Positions 1 through 7,754 are shown, counted from the first letter of the stretch. The stretch: DNA of 13,961 bases from Chlamydiia bacterium (GCA_038257035.1 JBBSJT010000064.1:1-13961); one strand, 5' to 3'. Notes: a model not told the origin generated them from the letters alone. Program-made: numbers and translations.

Positions 1-252
1 CATACAAGATTAGACTCATCGGTTGATCAAAAAACTCAAGATGCTCTTGTAGTCGGGGCTTTAGAATCTCGAGCTTTATCAGCAAGAGACCGCACAATTT
101 TAGAGCAGCGACTACCTCAAGTTTTAAGTTTTATTGAGCTTGTTTCCCCTGATGCTTTTGAAAAAGACATGATGGAATTATATCAGAATGAAGGGCAAAA
201 TAACATCACTTTTGCACCTAGCAGTAAGCCAAAATTCACCCCGATCTTGTAG
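1..252 (+). CDS. 3' end of a protein-coding gene of unknown function (runs off the left edge)
   Basis: Frame 1 is open from base 1 to TAG at 250-252 (HTRLDSSVDQKTQDALVVGALESR...KPKFTPIL*). No recognisable motif. Confidence 0.65.
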   Translation, partial: HTRLDSSVDQKTQDALVVGALESRALSARDRTILEQRLPQVLSFIELVSPDAFEKDMMELYQNEGQNNITFAPSSKPKFTPIL

Positions 253-417
253 CACCGAAGCTATCACAGCGTGTACCACGAAATAAAATTAGCAAATTTT
301 ATTTCATTTAGTAGCAAAGGATATTGAGCTTTTGCTTTCGCCTGTCGTCGCAGGCTTGCAAACAAATAAAATGCGCCCCCTAAAGATTCAAATAAATATT
401 CAACCATTTTAAAACCA

Positions 418-446
418 TTGACTTACATTACATGAGAATGTATTAT
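418..446 (+). promoter_or_regulatory. Sigma70(sigma66)-type promoter TTGACT-N17-TATTAT
   Basis: TTGACT 418-423, 17-nt spacer, TATTAT 441-446, 30 nt before ATG 477. A taaggt SD-like motif precedes the start. Confidence 0.75.
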
Positions 447-476
447 TAAATAAATAAAAATAGATAAGGTTTTAAA

Positions 477-1763
477 ATGATTAGTAATGTGGTAAGTTAT
501 ATCCCAACTTTTCTAGGGCTTGCATGGAGTGTCACAACAGCTGTTCCGGTTATCGAATGTGCAGTACGCGCCATTTGGCATTTTGGTGAGCTTTCAGCCA
601 ATCGCGCTCAATACCACACTAGCTCTGTGGAAAAAATTTATGCAGAAGAAAAAAATCAATTTATAGAAACTATGAAGGCAGATTTTAATTCTAAACTTCC
701 ATCCTCTTGCTTACCGGATGCCAATCAACCCGATGCTCCTAAATTAAAGCTTAAATTTGTTAATTCTAACGAACTTGTGGTGGATTTGGAAAGCTTTAAA
801 CTTTATTGCGGAACATTTAAAAAATTAGCAGTCGATTATCTTGATGCTCCGGATGCCAAAGAATTTTTAATGCCTTTTCTAGTTAAAAATGATGGAGTTT
901 GCCAAGAAGTTCTAAGAAGCTATTTAATATATAGATCAAACCTCAATTTTTCTGCCCTTGACGATAAAAATTTACTTGAGATGTATGATCTTGCAATGTA
1001 CTTGGACATGCCTGATTTAGAAGCTCAATGCATGCTGACCATTGTTGAGAGATTCATCAAAACAGAATCCCCTATTTTAAAAGATGGGCTTGAAAAATTA
1101 GATCATCACTATAAAAAGGGCTTTAACCGCTTGTTTGGCAACGTTGAAGAATTAAAAACGGGTCATCTTAGCGAAGCTCTTGTCAATCGTTTAAATAATT
1201 ATAACGAAGAAAGATTAGAAGTAATAAAAAATATAGGTAAGACACTAATTTGTGGACTACTCTTTATTCCATTACCTCTTTTTCCTTTGGCTATAAAATA
1301 TATCGCTATTCCTTCGCACCATGCACACCTTGTGGGGATCGCTCGCCTTAATATACGTTGTTGTCAACTTTATTATCCAATGCTTGCGTATATCGCGTTT
1401 TGTTCTATAAATATTAGACAAGGCAATACAGCCAATTTTCTTAGAACTTACCCTGCTGTAAACCGAATAGCCAATATCTATAGGAATGTTGTTCATAGAT
1501 TTTTCACGGGGACAGTAGTTGGCAGAGTTATGTTCGTGACATCATTAGCTATATTTAACGTTATTGAATTTACTGCGACAAAAATTTACAATGGAACTAT
1601 TTTTATTGCTCAAAGCATTATTCAAGCCTCAGGTTTTATTTATAATAAAATCGGTCAGGGAGTTAATAAAATTAGCCAAGAGCTTATGCAGATTCCAACG
1701 ACCGTCACTGCAGGCTTAATCGCTGGTACTGTCCTACTTGTCGCTGCAAAACAATTCGGTTGA
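477..1763 (+). CDS. BTB/POZ(Skp1)-like domain membrane protein, paralog A (candidate host-directed effector)
   Basis: 428 aa. Residues ~89-192 read KLKLKFVNSNELVVDLESFKLYCGTFKKL...NLLEMYDLAMYLDMPDLEAQC, matching the BTB/Skp1 pattern (L-x-x-L-A-x-Y-L-x-I/M-x-x-L-x-x-x-C). Hydrophobic N- and C-terminal segments. Confidence 0.75.
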   Translation: MISNVVSYIPTFLGLAWSVTTAVPVIECAVRAIWHFGELSANRAQYHTSSVEKIYAEEKNQFIETMKADFNSKLPSSCLPDANQPDAPKLKLKFVNSNELVVDLESFKLYCGTFKKLAVDYLDAPDAKEFLMPFLVKNDGVCQEVLRSYLIYRSNLNFSALDDKNLLEMYDLAMYLDMPDLEAQCMLTIVERFIKTESPILKDGLEKLDHHYKKGFNRLFGNVEELKTGHLSEALVNRLNNYNEERLEVIKNIGKTLICGLLFIPLPLFPLAIKYIAIPSHHAHLVGIARLNIRCCQLYYPMLAYIAFCSINIRQGNTANFLRTYPAVNRIANIYRNVVHRFFTGTVVGRVMFVTSLAIFNVIEFTATKIYNGTIFIAQSIIQASGFIYNKIGQGVNKISQELMQIPTTVTAGLIAGTVLLVAAKQFG

Positions 1764-1786
1764 AAACATCAATAAATGACAATTGA

Positions 1787-2012
1787 AAATGCCGGTCTTT
1801 CAGACCTCAATGTTAGGTTTAACCTACCTAGGCCTCTCGCTTCGCTTCGGCCTAGGCTATCACATGACGGTCCTTCGGACCTAAAAGCCTTAAAAACTAC
1901 TATTAATCATTTCTGAGGTCCGAAGGACCGTTATATGATAGCCTAGGCCGAAGCGAAGCGAGAGGCCTAGGTATTAATAGGTGTATTATTGAGGTCTGAA
2001 AGACCGGCATTT
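1787..2012. repeat. REPIN/MITE-like long inverted-repeat element with internal hairpins (family 1)
   Basis: 1787-1811 is the exact reverse complement of 1988-2012 (25 bp). 1825-1882 pairs with 1916-1973 (58 bp, 2 mismatches). Each arm holds hairpins ggtct-ttc-agacc, cctaggcc...ggcctagg and ggtcc-ttc-ggacc. Confidence 0.9.
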
Positions 2013-2083
2013 GCCTTGCCGGGCATGAGGTGTCTCTGTCGACGCTTAAGTGTTTAAATAAATATTCAACAATTTTAAAACCA

Positions 2084-2112
2084 TTGACTTACATTACATG
2101 AGAATGTATTAT
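2084..2112 (+). promoter_or_regulatory. Sigma70(sigma66)-type promoter TTGACT-N17-TATTAT (duplicate)
   Basis: Identical to 418-446, same distance from ATG 2143. Confidence 0.75.
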
Positions 2113-2142
2113 TAAATAAATAAAAATAGATAAGGTTTTAAA

Positions 2143-3366
2143 ATGATTAGTAGTGTGGTAAGTTATATCCCAACTGTTCTTGGACTTGCCTGGAGTGGCA
2201 CAGCAGCCATTCCGGTTATCGAATGCGCGTTGCGCGCCATTTGCCTCTTTGGTGAGCTCTCGGCAAATCGCGCACAATACCATACATGCTCTGTTGAAAA
2301 ACTGTATGTCGAAGAAAAAAATCTATTTATAGAAAGTATAAAAGCAGATTTAAATTCTAAACTTCCATCCTGCTGCTTACCGGATGCCAATCAACCCGAT
2401 GCTCCTAAATTAAAGCTTAAATTTGTTAATTCTGACGATCCTTTGCTTCAAGATAATTTGGATGTTGATCTTGAAGCTTCTAAACTCTTCTGTGGCACTA
2501 TTAAAGATTTCTTAAGCGATAATCTAGGTGCAACAGAATATTTAATACCTTACTTTTCAGAAAAAAATAAAAAGTTCACCGACGATATTTTAAAAAATTA
2601 TTTAACAGATCGATCAAAACTCAATTTGACAAACTTAAATGATGAAGTTCTACTTGAAGTGTATGACCTTGCAAGATGTTTGAACATGCCTGATTTAGAA
2701 GCTAAATGCATGGTGACAATTGTTGAAAAATTCATTAGAACAGAATCAACTGTTCTTAAAGATGGACTTACTGGATTAGACCACCATTATGCAAAGGAAT
2801 TTAACCGCTTATTTGACAATGAGGAGCAATTAAAAACAGGTCACCTTGGTGGAGTTCTTGTCACTAGAAAAAACAATTTTAATGAGGAAAAGGAAAGAGT
2901 TGCTGAAAAAGTTTCAAAGACAGTTGCTTTTGGTTTACTCTTTACTACTATGATTTTTATGCCTTATGTAATGACAATATTTGTATGTAATGTTTCTCCC
3001 ACTATTTCTTCACATATTATATCTAAATTATTTATAAGTTATTTTGGTGGTTATACTCTGTTTTCTGCAAGAATGTTAATCCAGCATGGGGCTGACGTTA
3101 TGCCAACAACGCACCATGTAATTAGTCAAATATACCAAAAATTTATCAATGGAGTGACTAGAATCGGCAATGCTATGATTAACGCTATTGTATTTACCGC
3201 GATAAAAATATACGATGGTACTATTTTTATTGCTCAAAATATTATTCAAGTCTCAGGTTTTATTTATAATAAAGTAGGTCAAGGGCTTCAAAAAATTCCA
3301 ACAGCCGTTACCACAGGCTTAATTGCTAGTACTGTCCTACTCGTCGCTGCAAAACAATTCGGTTGA
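2143..3366 (+). CDS. BTB/POZ(Skp1)-like domain membrane protein, paralog B
   Basis: 407 aa, paralog of 477-1763. Motifs LDVDLEASKLFCGTIKDFL and VLLEVYDLARCLNMPDLEAKC. Hydrophobic termini. Confidence 0.75.
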   Translation: MISSVVSYIPTVLGLAWSGTAAIPVIECALRAICLFGELSANRAQYHTCSVEKLYVEEKNLFIESIKADLNSKLPSCCLPDANQPDAPKLKLKFVNSDDPLLQDNLDVDLEASKLFCGTIKDFLSDNLGATEYLIPYFSEKNKKFTDDILKNYLTDRSKLNLTNLNDEVLLEVYDLARCLNMPDLEAKCMVTIVEKFIRTESTVLKDGLTGLDHHYAKEFNRLFDNEEQLKTGHLGGVLVTRKNNFNEEKERVAEKVSKTVAFGLLFTTMIFMPYVMTIFVCNVSPTISSHIISKLFISYFGGYTLFSARMLIQHGADVMPTTHHVISQIYQKFINGVTRIGNAMINAIVFTAIKIYDGTIFIAQNIIQVSGFIYNKVGQGLQKIPTAVTTGLIASTVLLVAAKQFG

Positions 3367-3415
3367 AAACATCTAGCGTCAATGGTATAAATCACAGTTT
3401 ATAATTTGCAATTAA

Positions 3416-3526
3416 TTTGGAGTGCGGTAACTTGTTACCGCTCTTCCTCCAGCCCGACTTGTCGGGCTCATGTAAATCGACAAGTCGATTTGAACCAAGA
3501 GCGGTGACAAGTCACCGCACTCCAAA
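3416..3526. repeat. REP-like four-hairpin palindromic element with GGAG/CTCC ends (family 2a)
   Basis: tttGGAGtgcgg...ccgcaCTCCaaa. Perfect 8-bp hairpins at 3424-3441 and 3451-3468 (TT loops) and at 3474-3491 and 3501-3518 (AA loops). Confidence 0.9.
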
Positions 3527-3551
3527 ATAGCTGCATTCTCAAAGGTTAATT

Positions 3552-4307
3552 ATGGCGACAGTATGGGCACTTGCAGATTTACATCTCTCTTTTGGCGTTC
3601 CTAATAAAGAAATGGATTTTTTCGGCGCAAATTGGGCCAATTGGACAACAAGAGTTGAAGAGAACTGGAAACGAATTGTTAACGATGAAGATCTTGTATT
3701 AATTGCAGGTGATATCTCTTGGGCAATGCACGTTGCAGAGGCGGTTCCTGATCTTGAATGGATTCACAGACTTCCTGGCACAAAAGTTATCTTAAGAGGT
3801 AATCACGATTACTGGTGGTCCTCGCTTAGCCAAATCCAAAAAATTCTACCTTCCTCTATTCACCTCATTCAAAACAACGCCTTTAACTGGAATAATGTTA
3901 CTATTGGCGGAAGTCGCCTTTGGGATTCGTCCGAGTACAAATTCCAAGAATACATCGATTTTGCTGACAACCCACGAGCCAAAAAAATATTGTCAGTGGA
4001 TAGTAATCAAGTGGAAAGTGATCGTCTATTTGAAAGAGAATTGACAAGATTAGAAACAAGTCTTAAAGCGTTATCAAAAAATGCTGATTTTCGCATTGCC
4101 ATGACTCATTATCCGCCAATCAGTGCCGATTTGCAACCTTCTAAAGCCTCCGCTATGTTAGAAAAATACAATGTGGACGCCTGTGTTTTTGGGCATTTGC
4201 ACAATGTAAAACAAAATATTCCTCTTTTTGGTAAAAAAAATGAGACTACCTATTATTTAACTTCTTGCGATTATTTAAACTTTACGCCTATAAAGATAAT
4301 AAAGTAG
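3552..4307 (+). CDS. Calcineurin-like metallophosphoesterase (CT488/DR1119-like family)
   Basis: All five metal-binding motifs: ADLHL, AGDISWAM, RGNHDYWW, THYPP, FGHLH. Confidence 0.92.
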   Translation: MATVWALADLHLSFGVPNKEMDFFGANWANWTTRVEENWKRIVNDEDLVLIAGDISWAMHVAEAVPDLEWIHRLPGTKVILRGNHDYWWSSLSQIQKILPSSIHLIQNNAFNWNNVTIGGSRLWDSSEYKFQEYIDFADNPRAKKILSVDSNQVESDRLFERELTRLETSLKALSKNADFRIAMTHYPPISADLQPSKASAMLEKYNVDACVFGHLHNVKQNIPLFGKKNETTYYLTSCDYLNFTPIKIIK

Positions 4308-4316
4308 GAGTTTTTA

Positions 4317-5003
4317 ATGAATGCGTCCACCCAAAGACTAGTCCTGATTGGAACTGTCATTTTGATGATTTTATTTGTTTTTGGAAATTATTTCATTAAT
4401 TTCTTTGATCCTGATTCAAGCTACTCCCTTAACACTTCTAACCAACCCTCACTTGGCAACCCCGATTCAATAGTTGAAGTTGTTGTTTTCCAAGACCCTA
4501 CAAGTCTTGATAGCAAAAATTTTAACAACGCGATTTTCCCTAAAATCAAAACAGATTTTATAGATACAAACAAAATCAAGTACATTGTCATACCGGTATC
4601 AAATGAGGCCTCAAGTCCAATAGCTGAAGCCTTGCTTTGCACCTATTACCAGGATGAAAAAACTCAAAATAGCGATCTTTTCTTCAAATTTTTAGATTAT
4701 TTTTATAAGAATCAACCGGCTTCAGGTTCAGAACTCACACAAGAAAACGTTCTTGATATGGCAGTAAAGGCTGATCCTTCCATTCATGTTGACAAAATCA
4801 AAAAATGCATCGAGAGAAAGGTTTATTTTACAATCATTAAGCAAAACAGCGCAGAAGCCAACCGGGTTACAAACAGTACAACTGTCAAGCCACCTCTTTT
4901 TGTTAACGGCATGAAGGTAGATAGCAATTCATTCGAGGCGATCGAAAAAGCCATCAACGATTCCCTCACAACCCCTCCTGCAAAAACCGGTAGAAGATCG
5001 TAG
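4317..5003 (+). CDS. Membrane-anchored DsbA/thioredoxin-fold protein lacking the CxxC active site (SLDS)
   Basis: N-terminal TM, then PSLGNPDSIVEVVVFQDPT-SLDS-KNFNNAIFPKIKTDFIDTNKIKY (DsbA/BdbD-type), AEALLC, and C-terminal PPLFVNG. A GGAG SD precedes the ATG. Confidence 0.85.
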   Translation: MNASTQRLVLIGTVILMILFVFGNYFINFFDPDSSYSLNTSNQPSLGNPDSIVEVVVFQDPTSLDSKNFNNAIFPKIKTDFIDTNKIKYIVIPVSNEASSPIAEALLCTYYQDEKTQNSDLFFKFLDYFYKNQPASGSELTQENVLDMAVKADPSIHVDKIKKCIERKVYFTIIKQNSAEANRVTNSTTVKPPLFVNGMKVDSNSFEAIEKAINDSLTTPPAKTGRRS

Positions 5004-5069
5004 AATAGAGGTTACGTAAGCATTGTTACGTATAAAAACTCTCTTTTTACTCTCTTTTCCTCTCACTTG

Positions 5070-5292
5070 GTAGCCCATACCTAAGTTTGAGGGCATTTAT
5101 GCCCTAAAAATCGCAGGTGTGGGTTAAAAGAATAATAAAAAAAAACTCCTTCAGGAGTTCTTCTCTATTAAAAAAGAGAGGAACTCCTGATGGAGTTAAA
5201 CAATATCTATTATTACCCACACCTGCACGTCTTTAAGTCGCAAGCTCCTTCGCGTTTGGTATGGGCTACATAGAGAGAGGTCCTTTGGACCT
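5070..5292. repeat. REPIN-like nested inverted-repeat element (family 1 relative) between convergent genes; may also act as a terminator
   Basis: 5070-5081 pairs with 5258-5269 and 5113-5124 with 5215-5226 (both perfect 12 bp). 5144-5166 pairs with 5175-5197 (23 bp, 2 mismatches). Hairpin aggtcc-ttt-ggacct at 5278-5292. Confidence 0.85.
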
Positions 5293-5318
5293 TGGCAAAA
5301 TCAACAGTATTTTAAGGG

Positions 5319-6428
5319 TTACCGCCTAGTTAATAGTAATATAACTAGAAGGGTTATCAATTGACTTTGACTTATAGGGGCAGATAATGATGCCAAAGCT
5401 AAGCGTGCGACATTGTGGATACTAATTATAGGAATCGCAACTATGCCAGTCCAACATAGACCTAACACCATTACGTAGCTCACTCTTAAACTGTAAGAAG
5501 TCGCTATCATAGGATTACAATATGTCATAAAATGTACAAGTGCCGGGCCCGCAATGGGAACCATGCTTGCAAATATTAAAATTGCTGCAAATTTAATTTG
5601 ATCTGATATTTCTTTTACAATACTGTTCTTTTTTTGATCCAGTAAAGCGATTCTATCTTTAAACTCTTGATCATAATAATCTTTTTTGAAATTTTTGATA
5701 TCAAAAAGCATCTGCCTGAAACTTTCATCTTGGATATTATATTTCGCGTTATCAAATTGATCAATATCAATTCGGCCATCATCGATGCATTCTTTGACAA
5801 TTCTAACACAGCGTGCTTCTAAATCAGGAATATGAAGAAATTCGGCAAGTTTGTAAAGATCTATAAATTTTTCAAAATTAAGTTTTTGTGATTTAAGATG
5901 ATCCAAATTAAACAAATCTTTATTTGTTAAATAAGATTTTAATAAATGAAAGCTGTTTTCTGTAAAAATTTCAGATGGAATAATACAAGTTGGGGTTTGA
6001 TTATCTGCATCCGAGCCAATTTTATTATTAAAAGCATCAAAATCTTGGGAAAGATCCTTATACTGGAGAGAATAATCTTGGAACACTTCCCTATCTACTT
6101 CGAAAGATTGATTTCCAAACGTAAGCTTCAATTTTGAATTGGGTTTATTTAAGTCATAAGTGCATGAATCAGGAAGCTTAGAATTTTCAGTTGTCTCAAT
6201 ATGTTTTAAAAGGCAGTCCCGGCCAATTTTATATTCCGGTGAAGTTGAGAAGGATTTTTGCGGCCTAAAGGCAACTTTTGCATAAAAATATTGAGAACGG
6301 TTATGAAGGAATTGTCCGGTTGCAAAAATGGCTCTAATAGCTGCCTCTATGGCAGGAATCAATGTTGAGAAGCTTAAGCCTCCAGCAATAAGAACGGGTG
6401 TTGATAATTGTAATACTGTATTAATCAT
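5319..6428 (-). CDS. BTB/POZ-like domain membrane protein, paralog C
   Basis: 369 aa. KLKLTFGNQSFEVDREVFQDYS...FTENSFHLLKSYL...FIDLYKLAEFLHIPDLEARC is a strong BTB pattern. Shares IPxIExAxRAI, SKLPxSC and PDLEAxC with paralogs A/B. Hydrophobic C-terminus. Confidence 0.8.
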   Translation of the reverse strand: MINTVLQLSTPVLIAGGLSFSTLIPAIEAAIRAIFATGQFLHNRSQYFYAKVAFRPQKSFSTSPEYKIGRDCLLKHIETTENSKLPDSCTYDLNKPNSKLKLTFGNQSFEVDREVFQDYSLQYKDLSQDFDAFNNKIGSDADNQTPTCIIPSEIFTENSFHLLKSYLTNKDLFNLDHLKSQKLNFEKFIDLYKLAEFLHIPDLEARCVRIVKECIDDGRIDIDQFDNAKYNIQDESFRQMLFDIKNFKKDYYDQEFKDRIALLDQKKNSIVKEISDQIKFAAILIFASMVPIAGPALVHFMTYCNPMIATSYSLRVSYVMVLGLCWTGIVAIPIISIHNVARLALASLSAPISQSQLITLLVILLLTRR

Positions 6429-6468
6429 AAATTTACTTTTGAATTTCTTTTTTTTATCTTTTTTATTT

Positions 6469-7731
6469 TTATCTAATTAATGTAGCTGCAAGAGCAGCTA
6501 TTATCAAAATGGAACCGGTGACCTTTAATATAGGTGTTGCAACGAACACAAAGACTTTAAATGCTGTGCTTAATATTAAGAAGGCAACCTTTATAGGAAT
6601 TAAGGCAATTGAAGCCACCATTGCCACCTGAGTGCTCCTTAATGCCAATGTTAAACCGTAAACGCCGGCACCTAAAGCTATAACAGGTGAGGCCATAAGG
6701 AAAAACAACGATATGGCTATAATGATGTCCGAAGAAATTGAAGAAATTTGGGTTGCCTTCTTATAATGATTATCACCACTAGATTCAATAAAGCGAACAA
6801 CGTGAGTATAAATCGGGCCGACAATTGGCACAAGACTGTGACGAATATTTCTTAATGCAAAATGAATTTGTCCTTTAATTTTTTCTTCAATGCTATCTTT
6901 AGCTAATTCTATTGCAATTATTTTAGCTCTAAATTCTGTAACATTATATGTCTTCTTATAATTTTTTACAAAAACTAGCAAATTTTTAAAATTTTTATCT
7001 TCTAAATAATATTTCTCATTATATTTTCCATCTTTCAATGTGTTATCAAATTGGTCTATGTCAATTAAACCGGAATCTATAAAATCGTTGATAGTTTTAA
7101 CGCAACGTGCTTCTAAATCAGGAATTTGAAGATAGACGGCAAGCTTATAGAGGTCTATGAATTTTTCCAAATCAAGTTTTTTTAATTTGGATGATTTATT
7201 ATCAAACAGCGCTTTATTAGTTAAATAATAAGTTAACAAATGAAAGCTTCCTTCGGTAAAAATTACAGGTACAATACATTGTTTAGTTTGATCATCTGCA
7301 TCTGCACCAATTTCTTTATTATAAGCATCAAAATCTTCAGACATCTCCTTATAGTAAACTGAATACTTTTTGAATGAATCTTTATCGAGATCAAAGGTAC
7401 AATCAGTTTTACCCTGATAATGCAAAATTAGTTTAGAATTTGGTTTATTTATATCATATGTACATGAATCGGGAAGCTCAGAATCCTCTATATCTTTCTT
7501 AATTTTAGCAATATATACCAAGCCAATATTTTTATAATTTGTTGTAGTTGTAAAAGATTTTGATGGCGAAAAGTTCCATTTTGTATAAGAACAGTGACAA
7601 CGATTAATCATAAGTTGGCCCGTTCCAACGATAGCCCGCAACGCGGCTTCAATAGCAGGAATCAATGTTGTACAGGCCATTCCTCCAATAATAAGTGTGG
7701 GAGTAGATAATTGTAACACTGTATTAATCAT
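6469..7731 (-). CDS. BTB/POZ-like domain membrane protein, paralog D
   Basis: Start moved from the track's TTG 7752 to ATG 7731: MINTVLQLST matches paralog C and an AAAAGG SD lies upstream. Motif FIDLYKLAVYLQIPDLEARC. Long hydrophobic C-terminal region. Confidence 0.8.
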   Translation of the reverse strand: MINTVLQLSTPTLIIGGMACTTLIPAIEAALRAIVGTGQLMINRCHCSYTKWNFSPSKSFTTTTNYKNIGLVYIAKIKKDIEDSELPDSCTYDINKPNSKLILHYQGKTDCTFDLDKDSFKKYSVYYKEMSEDFDAYNKEIGADADDQTKQCIVPVIFTEGSFHLLTYYLTNKALFDNKSSKLKKLDLEKFIDLYKLAVYLQIPDLEARCVKTINDFIDSGLIDIDQFDNTLKDGKYNEKYYLEDKNFKNLLVFVKNYKKTYNVTEFRAKIIAIELAKDSIEEKIKGQIHFALRNIRHSLVPIVGPIYTHVVRFIESSGDNHYKKATQISSISSDIIIAISLFFLMASPVIALGAGVYGLTLALRSTQVAMVASIALIPIKVAFLILSTAFKVFVFVATPILKVTGSILIIAALAATLIR

Positions 7732-7754
7732 ATAAATAAACCTTTTGAACAATC

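Larger units (their letters stand above)
390..1770 (+). repeat. Tandem duplication unit, copy 1 (promoter + BTB-membrane gene); copy 2 is 2056-3373
   Basis: 390-476 and 2056-2142 differ at 1 of 87 nt. The proteins are clearly paralogous. Both copies end in aaacaattcggttgaaaacatc and then diverge. Confidence 0.9.
2056..3373 (+). repeat. Tandem duplication unit, copy 2
   Basis: Offset 1666 nt from copy 1 at the 5' end. Shares the upstream region and the 3' end. Confidence 0.9.

Noticed and set aside
1787..3526. Palindromes after tandem genes as integron attC sites
   Set aside because: No RYYYAAC...GTTRRRY boundaries at the element ends, the genes have their own promoters, and no integrase is present.
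5011..5048. gttacgta x2 / tacgtaa-gcattg-ttacgta hairpin as the terminator of the DsbA-like gene
   Set aside because: Weak AT-rich 7-bp stem with the T-run not adjacent; not supportable.
7732..7752. TTG start at 7752 for paralog D
   Set aside because: It lies only 2 nt from the -10 box, so it would fall at or before the transcription start. ATG 7731 matches paralog C's N-terminus and has an SD.
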